The notes under the pieces were generated by a model that saw only the letters and a list, made by a program, of their open reading frames with translations, had not been told where the DNA came from and did not search any database. The position numbers were made by a program, and so were the translations under genes. Below, piece by piece: positions 37,342 to 50,420 of a stretch of DNA of 64,000 nt. Each line of letters opens with the position of its first letter. Positions within the stretch are counted from its first letter, which is position 1. This DNA is from the human T2T-CHM13v2.0 reference genome, Homo sapiens. The stretch lies in the NCBI RefSeq assembly GCF_009914755.1, contig NC_060926.1; one strand, given 5' to 3'.

Positions 37342-37717
37342 TGTATTAGTCCATTCTCATGCTACTAATAAAGACATACCCGAGACCGGGTAATTTATAA
37401 AGGAAAGAGGTTTAATTGACTCGCAGTTCAGCACGGCTAGGGAGGCCTCGGGAAATTTACAATCATAGCAGAAGGGGAAGCAAACATGTCCTTCTTCACA
37501 TGGTGGCAGCAAGGAGAAGGGTCAAGCAAAAGGGGAAAAAGCCCCTTACAAAACCATCAGATCTCCTGAGAATTCACTCATTATCATGAGAACAGCATGG
37601 AGGTAACCACCCCCATGATTCAGTTACCTCCTACCAGGTCCCTCCCACAACACATGGGGATTGTGAGAACTACAATTCAAGATGAGATTTGGGTGGAGAC
37701 ATAGCCAAATCATATCA
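37342..37717 (-). mobile_element. THE1 (THE1B/C-like) solo LTR
   Basis: 'tgtattagtccattctcatgct...gagatttgggtggagacatagccaaatcatatca'; perfect 5-bp TSD GTATA (37337-37341 / 37718-37722). Confidence 0.95.
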
Positions 37718-37907
37718 GTATATAATAAACATTTCATTTCAAGGCAGTGCCAGATGAATAGTTTATGCAAAAAAGAAATGGAGTTGGGACTAATAACTAT
37801 CCTTTAAAAAAATAAAATTCCTTTCTCACATCCTACACAAAATATTAATTCCATATAGTTTAAAGATTTATAGAGCAAACTGTATAAAATTAGAATAAAA
37901 TATAAGC

Positions 37908-40170
37908 ATTTAAAAATAGCTTTATTGAGATATAATTCACATACCATCCAAGTCACACATTTAAAGTGTACTATTCAATGGCTTTTAGTATATTCGCTGT
38001 TATACAACCACCACCACAATTGGTTTTAGAACATTTCCATCACTCCCCTGAAAAAATCATTTTCCCCCCACATTACTTCTCTAGCCCCAGGCAATCATTA
38101 GTCTACTTTCCTGCTCATAGATTTGCCTATTCTGGACATTTCATACAAATGAAAACATATATGTGGTATTTTTGTGATTGGCTTGTTTCATTTATCATAA
38201 TGTTCTCTAGGTTCATCCATGTTGTAGCATATCTCAGTACTCCTGTTTATTGCCAAATTGTGTTTCATTATATGGATACACCACATTTTATTTATTTATT
38301 CATTAGTGTAAGGAATTTGAGGGTTGTGTCCATTTTTTTGGTTATTAAGAATATTGCTGTTATGAACATTTGTGTACAATATTTGTGTGTGTTCACGTGA
38401 AGATTTGGTTTTATTTCTCTTGGGGATTTATGTAGGAGTGGAATTGCTGGGTCCTATGGTAACTCTATGTTTATTCTTTTAAGAAATTGCTAGACTCTTC
38501 CCAAAATGGCTGTACTGTTTTGCAGCAGTGTATAAAGGTTCCAATTTCGCTACTTGTTATTATATAACCTATTTTTACAAGTAAAATTTATTTTTATTTT
38601 TTACAGGTTTTATTTTGTTTCTAATTAACACATAAGAGTTGTACATATTTATGTGGTACAGTGTGATATTTTGATACATACATTGTGTAGTGATCAAATC
38701 AGGGTAATTAGCATATCTAGCATCTCAAACATTTGTCATTTCTTTGTGGTGAGATCATTCAAAATCCTCTCTTCTAGCTATTTTGAAGTATACAGTACAT
38801 TACTATTCACTATAGTCACCCTACTATGCAATAGAATACCAGAACTTATTTCTCCTATCTAATCACAACTTTAAACCTGTTGGCCAACCTCTCCCCATTA
38901 TCTTCTCTCCACTACTCTCTCCTCAGCCTCTGGTAACCACTATTCTACTCTCTACTTCTGTAAGATCAGCTTTTTAAGATTTCACATATGAGGGAGATCA
39001 TGCAGTATTTGGCCTTCTGTGCTTAGCCTATTTCCCTGAACATGATGTCGTTCAGGTCCATCCATGTGGTCCCAAATGACTGGATTTCATTCTTTTTATG
39101 GCTGAATAGTATCCCATTGTATATGGACATCGTGTTTTCTTTATCCATTCATCCATTGATGGACACTTAGGTTGATTCCATATCTTGGCTATTGTGAATA
39201 GTGCTGCAATGAATACAGGAGTGCAGATATCTCTTCAGCATACTTATTTCATTTCCCTTGAATATATACCCAGTAGTGGGATTGCTGGATCATATCATAG
39301 TTCCATTTTTAATTTTTTGAGGACTGTTATCCATAATGACTGTACTAACTTACATTTCCACAGACAGTGTACAAGGTTTTCCCTTTAACCACATCCTTGC
39401 CAACATCTATCATTCTGTCTTTTTGATAAAAGCCATTCTAACTGGGATAAGATGGTATCTCATGGTGGTTTTGATTCACATTTCTTTGGTGATTAGTAAT
39501 GTTGAGTATTTTTCCATATACCTTCTAGGCATTTGTATATCTTCTTTTGAGAAATGTCTATTCAAATCACTTGCCCATTTTAAAATCATATTATTTGTTG
39601 TTTTTTTTTTTTGCTATTGCGTTCTTTGAGTTTCTTACATATTCTGGATATTAACTCCTTGTGAGATGCATAGTTTGCAAATATTTTTCCCATTATGTAG
39701 ATTGTCTTTTCACTCTGTTGATAGTTTCTTTTGCTATGCAGCTTTTTAGTTTGATGCAATTCCATTTGTCTATTTTTGCTTTTGTTGCCTGTGCTTTAGA
39801 GATCTTAGTTTAAAAAGTCCTTGCCCAGACGAATGTCATGCGGTACTTTTCTTCTGTTTTCTTCTAGTAGCTTCAGTTACAGGTCTCACATTTAAGTCTT
39901 TAATCTGTTTTGAGTTGATTTTTGCAAGTGGTGAGAGATAAGGTTCTAGTTTCATTCTTCTGCATAAGGATATCCAGTTTTCCCAGCACCATTCATTGAA
40001 GATGCTGTTATCTGACCTTTTGATTATAGTCATCTTCATGGGTGTGTAGAGGTATTTCCTTGCTGTTTTGATTTACATTTCCCTGATGGATAATGATGTT
40101 GAGCATCTTTTCATATAAGTATTGGCCATTTGCATATTTGCTCTGGAGAAATATTTATTTTATCCTTTGA
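37908..40170 (-). mobile_element. L1MB-like 3' portion, split by an L1MA insertion
   Basis: 'gctttattgagatataattcacatacc' 3' terminus; resumes at ~40003 'tgacctttgattatagtcatc'-like sequence. Confidence 0.8.
38585..40002 (-). mobile_element. L1MA-type 5'-truncated element (~1.4 kb)
   Basis: 'tgtacatatttatgtggtaca...gatcaaatcagggtaattagcatatc' 3' UTR; ORF2 remnant [24 protein letters not shown] (39836-40039, - strand). Confidence 0.9.
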
Positions 40171-41060
40171 CATTTTTTTTCTAATTATGGGGTGGGAAAG
40201 ACCTTGCTAGGCAACACATGAAACTCAGATGTCTTAAAGGAAAAATATTGAAAGATTCAACCACATGAAAAGTGTAAATATCTTTATTTTCAAAGACAAC
40301 ATTAACACAATTAAATAAAAATCATTTTTCCATAGAGAAGAAAATATATGAAACACATATAGCAAGAGTCAATATTTGTAATATATAAAGAAGCCCTACA
40401 AATCAATAAGAAAAAAAATCAAACAACTCAAAGCAAACTGGGCAAAGGGTAAGAATGAGCATTTCACAGAAGGGCAAACATCCAGTACACATATGGAACA
40501 GTGCCCAACTATTCTTTAGACCTGGGACTACAAGTTATAGCAATAAGAAATTACACATTTTTCCACCACCAGCTTGGCAAACTTTTAATAAATCAATAAT
40601 ACATACAGTATTAGTAGTGGGTGTGAGGAAATAGGAATCTGAGACAGCTGGCTGGCATGTACACAATTACAACCCTCTTGAAGGTTCTGACAGGATCTAT
40701 TCACATTGAATTCATAGGAGAAATCTCACAGTAGTAAAATTGTAGATGGCTTTTGCTTTGTGTGTTTGTGTACTTTTAGAGCATTCTGTATTAAGTATGT
40801 TTCAGTTTTTTAGATGGGTTGTAGAATGTCATTTAAAAATCAAAAAGGAACCGGAGATAATCTGTTTCCTGGGAATGTCCAGATGAAAGGATTGTAGGAA
40901 CATAAACATAGAAATGGTTAAGATGAGGGTATCTGGTTCCCACCTAGGTGCAAATAGTCACAGCACAATGGCTCCCTCTCCAAGAATCAGCCTCTATAAA
41001 GGGGAACCTATAAAGGAGAATGCAGAATCCAGGAAACAAAACCACAACCATCACCAGCAC

Positions 41061-41108
41061 CACACACACGCGTGCACACACACACACACACACACAAACA
41101 CACACACG
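41061..41108 (+). repeat. Interrupted (CA)n microsatellite
   Basis: Direct reading. Confidence 0.9.
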
Positions 41109-41689
41109 CCAGCAAAGAAAAAAAAATAGAAATATCCAGGGAAACTGAAAGGTACTTTGAACTGGTATTTTGGTAAAAACCTGAATGAAAGGTGATTGAT
41201 AGTGACAATGAGAGGTTAAATGAGAGAAAAGTGGTTTAAGATCTGATCTTGCCTTTTCCCTACATTACATTAGGGCAAGCATTGTGTACCTCTTACGGCA
41301 GATTTTGGAGACAGTGGCCGTGCAGTTTGAGCAGGTATCTGTAGGGGTATTGTCTGGGCAATGCACCTACTCCTCTGGAGGAGGTAGTTGGGGAAGACAG
41401 GTTGGGACAAGCTCAGCTGCATATTCTATCTTCTTCCTCTCTCACCCTAGGCTAGTGGTTTCTATCCAGAGAGATTGTTCTTTCCACCAACCTTTGGCCT
41501 GAGGAGTTGCTTTGAAGTATGATGGTAAACAAGTGTCTCAATGTCTTGGCCCCATGACTACAGTGTGGCCTTCCCTTCTCTACTATGTATTTTAAGACAG
41601 TAACTGAGACCCTTGGAGAATACGTGCCCAAATAACCCTGAGGGAATGCCACCACCTCAAGAGTAAAACCGCATTACTTCTGAAGTAGG

Positions 41690-42960
41690 AATATTAGAAA
41701 ACTGGATTGAAAATTTAAAATAAGCTAAACACATTTACAGAAATGGAGCACCATATATGTAATACTATGAAATGACAATTTTAAAAATTTTAAAAGTACC
41801 CGGTAGAATTATTACATAAGAGAAATATAATAGTTGAAATAAAGAACATGATACACAAATAAATAATAGTATGAATACAGCCGGAGAACAAATTAATGAA
41901 TTGGAAGATCAGATTGAGGAAGCTTTCCAGAAGGTGATAGGAAAGGATAAAGGAATAGAACATACACAAAAAAAGTTAAAGAAGATAGAGTATGCAAGTG
42001 TTAACATCCAGATAATAAGAGTCCCAGAAGAAGATAAAAGCATAAGAATTAAGAAGATAAAAATATATAGAAAGTATTTGATAAAATAATAGAGAAATGT
42101 TTGCCAGAATTAAAAAATAAATAATATGAGATTAAATGGATCAATAAAGTGCAATAAAGTGCAAACAGGAGAAAGAAGGAAAATCTCACTCCTGAATACA
42201 CTACAGTAAAATATAAGAATATGAAAGAAGAGAACATTTTAAAAGCTTCTTTAGAGAAAGGACTGAACAACTACAAAGGTGCAAGAGCTGTATTGACATC
42301 AGACTTCTGAATAGCAGCAGCAGAGTAAAAAAGACAATGGATTAATATTTTTTAAATATTGAAGGAAAACCTTTGAATTAAGACTTTTGTATATACCCAA
42401 ATTGTCATTTGAATGACATAATAAAAATATTCCCAGTTATACATGGGCTCAGATGACCAGCTGCAAAAGACGCACACTGAAGATACTTTTTGAAGTATCT
42501 TTTAAGAAAAGAGCTAAATTCTAGAGCTACTGCAAGATATTTTAGATTCAAAGGTGGTGAAAAATCTTGTTAAACTTATATGTCTATTTGTAGTTATAAG
42601 AACAAGGAAAAGAAAAAAAGTATACATCCATGTACTACTTACATGGATGAATCCATACATTTTGGATGAAACATTATTTAGAATGAAAAAAAGAAACTTC
42701 AGAAGGTTCTGGCCCTCAGCTCTAATCCCACAAGTTTGAAAACAAATAAAACTAAAGAATTATGTTTTAAAATACATATATACATATATAAGTTTAAATG
42801 AGTTTTTTGTTAAAAAAGCAAGAGAATGATAAGGAGATGGGGCCAGGCAACAGGATTGGGGAGGAAAATAGGTAGTTGTAAATTGTCTGTAATGTTCTGT
42901 TTCTTGAGATGGGTGGTGGTCTGTGGGTGTTTATTTTCTTAAAAATAAACAAATACATAT
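41690..42960 (+). mobile_element. L1 ORF1-like relic (HAL1 or old L1M)
   Basis: ORF 41871-42089 'AGEQINELEDQIEE...NIQIIRVPEE' resembles the L1 ORF1p coiled-coil/RRM start; L1ME/HAL1-like 3' end near 42880-42960. Confidence 0.7.
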
Positions 42961-43274
42961 ATAAGAAATAAAGGAAATCCACATGTGAACTAATGATGAT
43001 GAATCATGGAGCAGACACTGTAACTCTGCACCTGAAGTCCATAAGAAGAAAAGGTAAAGGAAATGTAAGACAATCGCATTTATTTGTTTTCTTGAAGTTG
43101 CAAACTATTCATAACCAGTGTCAGGAGCTTCTGCATGAATTTCACCTGGAGCAGGAATGGGTCCAAAGGTTCACATGTGTCCCTGGCAGGGCACTTCACA
43201 TTAGATGCCTTGAGTTACAAGGAGGGGTGTGGACACACAGTCAAAGAGAGGCAGGGTGGAGGGTGATCAATACA

Positions 43275-43470
43275 TAAGTTTTAAGGTCAGAGAGCCTGGT
43301 TTCAACATCTAGCCCTGCCACTTTCCAGGGGAACAGCTGTGGATGAATTATTTAACCCGTCTGAGCATGATACAATGATATATGTACACAATGCCTTGCC
43401 TGATAAAACGATAAATGATCATGTTGCAAAATGCTTGGCACATAGCATGTGCTCAAAAGGATTAGCAAAA
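43275..43470 (+). mobile_element. MIR SINE
   Basis: 'gtcagagagcctggtttcaacatctagccctgccactt...atgcttggcacatagcatgtgctcaa'. Confidence 0.75.
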
Positions 43471-45149
43471 CATAATGAGAATGAGGACTAGTATAATAAA
43501 ATAAGAAAGAAGAAATAAGAAGCACTTCTAAAAAAAATCCCGAGAGATTTGAGTTGGGTTCTTTGACCGAAGATTGCTGTTAGATTCTACAATCCTGTAA
43601 TAGTTCATCAACCTCCATCACTTGCCTTTGGTTTTGTTTTGTTTATTTCTTAGTTTCCTAGTAAACATTTTGAGAAAGTCCAATCTTATTTTAGCTAAGT
43701 GAAGGGGGAAAGGGACTTGGCTGGAAGAGCAAAGAGGAAGCTCTTACATTCCTGGGGAAGGCTGCCGCCCAGGCCTCCTAGGAGGAGATAAGCCAGGCGA
43801 AAGGAGTTAGGGATGCAGGACTGGGAAGGGAATCTCACGTTTGTTGTCTTTCCAGAGTCAAGTACCACATGTAGTGTTCTGGCAAAGGGCAGAGCAAGGT
43901 TGGGTAAGGTCGCATTCAGTCTTAAAACCTCAAGACTCTGCACCCTAGGTGAAGTCAAGGTCTTCTAGGTAGCAATGAGTGAAGAGAACTCAGGGAAGCC
44001 CCATGCTAGCAGTTTACAAGTCCACCTTCCACCATCTTGCTCAAGAGGGTTGCAAATGGCCATCCCTTTGCAGGTCTTCCCAGCAAGAGACTACTTTCCC
44101 AGCCTAGGCTCTGAATCCTCTAAGGTCTTCTGCCTTCTCTGGATCCCCTAGAGGTCTGATCTGGGCCACTTTCCCCACCAGGCCCCCAGGCCTCTGCTTT
44201 AGTTACCGGTAAGGACACAGAGGTACAGAGATGCATGTCATCAACTTCCCTGCCTTCTGGAAGCCAGTGACTCTGGGCCTTGAGGTCATGTAGGCCTCTG
44301 TGGATCCCCAGGCTCTCTCTGCAGTCTTTGCTGGGGTTTCTGGGAGTTTCCCGGATTGTCTCCAGTTTGCCTGTAATGCGCCCTCTTCCTCTCCATCCTG
44401 CTGCCCCTCCAGCTCCCTTCCGGCAAACCCTTGGGAAGGTGCCAGAGTTCCCTCTCCCAGCGTGCAAAAGCTCCTGTTGCTAAGGCACTGGTCCTGGCGG
44501 CAGCTGGCAGGACATATGGACAACCTCACAGTGTGATTGGTCATGGGATGGGTGGAGGCCCCAAAAGATGTCTTTTGATAGCTGATGGTCTTGGTCTCAA
44601 GTTGACTCCTTGGTGTCATCTGAATCTTCGTTTAGTTCAATGCTTCGTCTTTTGTCTTCCTGCTTCCCTGAAATAAGGAATGACAAACAATCCTAGAACT
44701 GGAGCCACATGTCCCCAAATGCGTGTGGCTCAGCATTGGCCATGTTTTTCCAATTATTCCTTGCTCTGAATGCCACAGCTAATATGCGCGTGCACACTCA
44801 CACACATACCCAGGGCAATTTTTAGCCAGAAATTCAGGCTCCTCTTTTCCCAGAACCCTTTGGCCCTTCAAGACCTTGCCCCACCCAGCCCCTCCATCCC
44901 TGCTCTACACCCTCTGCAGCCCCTGGCCCTTGGGCTCACCCCTGCCCTGGGAAAGTCACTCTCTCAAGACAAGATGTCCTGGTTTATGTGTTGCCCAGCA
45001 CGCCTTCTCACCCGCCTGGGGATTTCTAAATCCTACCCATTCTTGAGATCCGGGGTGAGGCTGTCCACCATGACAGCTTCCCAAGGTCTGGCACCCACGC
45101 CCATCTCCCTGAAGGAGCAACTCCCAGCCTTATTGAATTAAGAATACCT

Positions 45150-45690
45150 ACCATAAATCTTAACAAATATTTCAGGCTGATCACAAAAGGAAAGTATGTT
45201 CATTGGAAATACAGATAAACAAAATAAAGAAAATATAACCTGCCCCATTTCCTCTACTTAGGGTTAACCACCATTCACATCTTAGTGAAGGTCTAAAATG
45301 AAGGTTTTTTCCTGCACACACACACGCACACACCCTTGCTGTTTTAAAGAAAGCGAATTAGACTCATACTTACATATGGCTTTATAACTGTGTTTTTTCA
45401 CTCAACAGTGTGTTGTGAGCAGCTTTCCACAAATAATCCCTTTTTTAATGTCAAAAGATTTCATGAATGACCACATAAGAAAGAGCATTTATACTTTTAA
45501 AGAAACATTTTATTATGGAAAATGTCAAACATACAAAAGTTGAGACAAGAGTATAATAATCCCCCAAATACTCATCATCCAGCTTCAATAATTATTAACA
45601 TTCTCTCCTTCCAGTTTCATCCACCCCTGCCTTTTTTCCCTCGAGTATTTTAAATAAAAGGCCAGATATTGTTTTATGTCCCTGTAAACA
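45150..45690 (-). mobile_element. Old L1 3'-end fragments (L1ME/L1MC-like)
   Basis: 'ttaaccaccattcacatcttagtg', 'ttttattatggaaaatgtcaaacatacaaaagt...catcatccagcttcaata'. Confidence 0.6.
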
Positions 45691-46129
45691 ACAATTGTCT
45701 TTATAAGGTCTGCTGCTTGAGAAAATGCATAGCAACCCAAAGGGAGTCTGCATTCAGGACCACTTTCAAATGAATCTGCATTTTATTTGTGACAGCAGCA
45801 TTGATGATTTGAAAAATAGTCCCACATATACGTGCAAGTTGTATTATTTATTCAGCCTTCGGTCGATGCTTGTAGGGCATATGGATGTACAGATCTCTTG
45901 CAAGAGCTCCAGCCCACAAGCCAGGCACTGCTGGTCTGATCCACTAACTCAGGCATTCAATCAAACTCTCTCTTGCATTTTTCGCCAGTTGGTTCACACA
46001 TGTGAGTTTCCTCTCCTAACTCCACCACTCCACCCTTAAATCCCAACGCCTGGGATCATGTCGGCTTCTCTCCTGCACACAAGGTTGTAAGTATCAAACT
46101 AAATTCTGGCCATAAAGTTGCTTCAAGTG

Positions 46130-46250
46130 AGGAGTCTCATTCTACATTGAGGAAACTGAGGCCGCAGAGGAGGAAGGATTTCTTTAGGAGCAGAGATGGA
46201 ATTGTAGGTCTCCTATCTCTTAGCCTTTCCTTTCCACCTTAATCCACTGC
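46130..46250 (-). mobile_element. MIR fragment
   Basis: 'cattctacattgaggaaactgaggccgcagagg'. Confidence 0.7.
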
Positions 46251-48859
46251 CTTGTGGGCAGAATTTCACAGAATGTACAGGATATGGGGGGAGTGTGACC
46301 TTGAGAACGGCATATTCAGCATCTTCACTGAATTACTGCTGCCCTGGCTTCTTGTTGGGACTCCAGGGAGGTTTGGGGCCTGAATCCGGCTGCTCACCTC
46401 CCTTCCTTCCAGGTTTCCTGCCAAGGGAATCACAGCATAAGGATAAAATCCAAAAGGGAAACACAGTAGTAGCTCAATCTCTGATGAGTGCCCAGTATCT
46501 CCCTGAAGCAGGACTTCTCTGATAAGCTGGGCTGGCCCCAGAGACCCTTTCCTGGAAGCCCAAGGGATGTTTCCTGTCCCCAAGTCCCTAACATCCACGT
46601 CTCCACCTAGCTATAGGCTGGAAATGTCCCATCCACCTACCCACAGGCAAACAGAGAAAGACATGGCTGCTTTTGTGTCTGGGAGGTGTGACACAGCACA
46701 GTAAGCGAGAGTGGGCAGGAAGGTGGTCGTGCCTGCCTGGGAAGGCTGAGTCCCAGGAAGTGAGAGGGAAAGGAAGGTGGTATCTGAGTGAGCCCACTCT
46801 CAGAAAGCCTGGTCAAGGGAGCATTCTGCTCTGACTAGAGCAACGCGTTTCTCAAGGACCAGATAGGAGGAAGATGAGGAGGAGGTTCATGATCATTCCC
46901 CCTGCCATGCCCAAGGTTGGAGAGAAGCTAGGAGGACTTCCCTCCCTTTGTGAGTCAAGCTGAGCTGTAGAGGTAAGCATCCTGGCTCTTCTCCAGAATA
47001 TTGAAAGATTTAATGTTTACTATTCTGACCATAATCTGTAGTTACTTTGTTAAAACTGAGATAGACTGATGTCTTTGTGAGCCACTGTACTGTTTGTATG
47101 TTATAATTACACACTAAATTGTGCTATAGAAAGTCTACATATTTATTCCTCATTTCCATTTTTCTGCCCGAAGTTTTAGATTTAAAAACTAATTTTCTTC
47201 TCTCACCCTCCCTCCATCTCTCCCTTCCTTCCTTCTATCGACCTGCAACTTTTAGAGACCTGCTAGGGGTCAGATTGTTTGCTTACGCCCAGGGCTTTTG
47301 TAGTTCAGAGGCTCCCACATTCAGAGTGAGACAGCTGGACTGAGGCAGTGAGAAGGAGAGGGCCCTGGGGGAAGAGCAAAGGTACAGTTGTATAGGAATG
47401 GTCAGCCATGAGACACACCCTTGACTCCACGTGTCCTCATTCCTGCCACTAAAGAATAAAAATCCCAGTCAGTTACAACGGCAGCAATCGAAATCCAGCT
47501 TCTGATGTGAGATCTCACCAGGGCCCCCAGAGGTTCAACCAAAGGGAGGAGGCACAGGGCAAAGCCCAGGCAGAGATTCCTCACGCTCCTCCCCCGACTG
47601 CCATTAAGAAGATTCTTTTATAAGAAGATCAATCTAACCTTCAGAAATTGAGGGAAAGATAGACCATCCAGTGGCACATTGTGTGATTCAGGTTCTTAGC
47701 CAAAAGGAGCTTAGAAGCCTGGGAGCCTCCCCAGAAGAGGTCAGAGGTGATCTGTGAGATGAATATGAGTCCTGAACAAGCTGGGGATAAACCACGAGGA
47801 GAAGAGAGAGTGCTTCGGGGAGGGGAGAATGCAGACAAAGTTTGGGAGGTAGGAAGGAGCCCAGCCTGCTCTGGAGATGGAGAGGAGCCAGGCCTGGGTA
47901 GAAGGCAGGTGTGTAAGCCCCGAGGAGAGAGTGATGGATAGGCTGGTGAGGAAACAGCAGATTTCAGGGGCCTGCATCAGATGCATTTGTAGGACACTCT
48001 CTTGGAATTTTTCTGGAGAGGTAGGGAATCTGGGTCTGCGTGTATTTTTAGCCTGTCTTTTCTGCCCTCTTCTGAGCAATGATTCTAAGAGCTTTCAGCC
48101 TGAGGTCATCTGTTTTCCTAGTGCCTGTTCCAGGGAAGCAGATGCCAGCACCACTACCTCACACAGAGGCTGCTGCCGCCCCAGCGCTGACCCCAGGAGA
48201 GCGACGTGTCCACTGCACCACGGGAGCAGGCTGTAGGAGGCTGCCCCATGGGAGGCTCCACAGTCCCGAGCTCTGCCAGAATGTCACCCTTCTGTTCTGG
48301 CATGACCCTAGAGGAGAGTTTCTTTGAGGTCCATGGGAAGCCCCAGATGCCTGTCCCCATTTCCTTCAGGGCCAATATGGGCACCCCTCAGGCTGGAAGG
48401 CTGTGGAAGGACGCGGGTTGTGGGATCCAGCCCTCAGGATTGCAAATGTCTGCCTCAACCTTGTTTCCCGGGAATTCTGCCCTTCCTGTCTGTCTTCTTA
48501 CCTTCCAGCTCCCTGCCTCTCCATCGCCATTTCCTACCTCTCTGCCAGCAAAGCAGGGGCAGGTTATTTTCTAAGACTCTGCTTTCTCCATTTAGGAATC
48601 TATAGTGCACACAACGGCTCCTAGAGGAGAGTTCATTTGCTCCCTCGCTACAACCCAGTCTAAAGCTTCTTTTCTGTGCTCTAGGTTCATGTTTTCAAGT
48701 CCTCAGTGGACATGACTACTGGAGAATCATGACCCAAAACAATTCACAGTCTTCCCTCCAGAATGTAACTCCTTTCGGCCATCTTGTTTATGTCAGGGAT
48801 GCCTCCAGTCTCCTCCCAGGCTGAGCCCCTGGGACATGGCTCCTCTTCTTTACCTCCCA

Positions 48860-49330
48860 CATCCAGTTAGGCAGCAAAATGGGTCCATCCTTTCTCAGCA
48901 CCACTTTTCCATTTCTGCCACATCTACCATTTCAATCCCAGCTCTCCTTGTTGCTTGGCAGGATGACCCCCACAGCCCCCAAGTGGTACCTTCCCTGAAA
49001 CCCCTTCTTACCCTGCCCCTCTGCAATGCCACTGCCACCCCTTCACAAGTCTTCTGTTACCTCTTTTCTTGTCTCATCAAATCTCAAGTCTTTGCTCTGG
49101 CTGCAAGGTCTTTACCCGGTTCCCCGCTTCTGCCCAGCTTTAGCTTCTCTTCCCCTCCTCCTCTCTTCCACTCCTGTCATTCTGAGTCGCTCACCATCCC
49201 TGAAACATATCTAGCTTATTCCCCTTAGGGGATCTCTGTCCTGTGGATCCCCCACCTTCCTCCCTTCTCTCCACTGTATGTCAGATCCCTAGCAAGGATT
49301 TAATTAGCCAAAGGCAAACTCAAATTTCCT
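48860..49330 (+). mobile_element. Degenerate L2 fragment
   Basis: 'ccacatccagttaggcagcaa...ttttccatttctgccacatctacc...aaatctcaagtctttgctctggctgcaaggtc'. Confidence 0.55.
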
Positions 49331-49469
49331 TCTCAAAGTTTACAAACATTCCTGCCTGGAACTGTCCTCAGATACAGCTTCTAAGTCACAGAAGAAAATT
49401 CTTCTCATTGCTAAAATATTTTAGCCATTATTTTTATTTTTGCCAGAGTGGTATTACTCAGTTTGGTGA

Positions 49470-49896
49470 CCCAGGCTTATTAATATGATTCTGCTGAAAA
49501 ACATAGAACAAGACATGAGCAGACATGGAAGAGATTTGTTGGGGGAAATGGCTGTGAGGAATAAAAGAGAAGGAGCTAGAGAAGGGGAGCACAGCCTTCA
49601 GATGGCACTGCATGTTGGACTCCTATGGAGGAGAGAAGGAAGAAAGAAGGGCTGGGGAGGAAGAGTCTGAGACTGCAGTGCAGTTCTAAGAAAATTTCAT
49701 CCATGATGTGGAGTCGGACGGGGAGTGCCTGAGCCAGTCACCTCGCTGTGGTTGGTCACTGGCCAGAGTAGCCCTTGGGAAGCAGGGCCTTGGCACAAGT
49801 GATATGGCAGATCTATAAGGACAGCAGCAGGAGCCACCTGTCCATCTGCTCATCACAGCAGGAGTTCCAACAGGGCATTCTCATGGCAGCCACACA
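49470..49896 (-). mobile_element. LTR16-family (ERVL) solo LTR
   Basis: 'agagatttgttgggggaaatggctgtgagg...ggggaggaagagtctgagactgcagtgcagttctaagaaa...atggcagccacaca'. Confidence 0.7.
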
Positions 49897-50044
49897 ACAC
49901 TTGGTTTCTGCTGCTGAATGAAGATTTGAATGAGGACGCAAACTCCAAATCATTCCAAGGTTGAAGAATTAAATCCAAAAATATGTATTCCTAAAGAGAA
50001 TTCCCTGAGAGAAGGCAATTTATCTTCATTATCACATCAAGGCT

Positions 50045-50420
50045 GTGTCACCATCATTACCGCCATCTCCACCATCATCATACTATAACCACCTTAACCA
50101 TCATCATTACCATCATCATCACCGTATCATCGCCATTCCTCCCATAATCACCACTATCACCTAACCACATCATCACCACTACCATGACCACTATTATTGC
50201 CATCAACACTACCACCACCAGCAGGATCATCACCATCATCACCACCACCATTACCACCATCATCACCATTACCATTGCCATTTCCACCACCATCACCACC
50301 AATATTATCATCACTATTTCCATCATCATCATCATCATCACCACCACCATCACCATCATGACCACTACCATTATCATCAGCCACCAGTACTATCACCATT
50401 ATTACCACCATTATCATTAT
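50045..50420 (+). repeat. Degenerate (CAT/CAC)n trinucleotide array
   Basis: Long accatc/atcacc run; source of the M/V-, D/G- and T/I-rich spurious ORFs. Confidence 0.92.

Larger units (their letters stand above)
36050..40830 (+). mobile_element. Fragmented old L1 (L1ME-like) host of nested insertions
   Basis: Sense ORF2-like pieces at ~36050-36380, 36760-37340, 37720-37905, 40175-40830 (e.g. 'cccaaatcaaccaataaattcaatggaattccatcaag', 'ctacaaatcaataagaaaaa'). Confidence 0.7.

Noticed and set aside
23740-50420. Complementary (GAT/GGT)n and (CAT/CAC)n arrays as a long-range pairing pair
   Set aside because: 26 kb apart; complementarity is only compositional and such arrays are common
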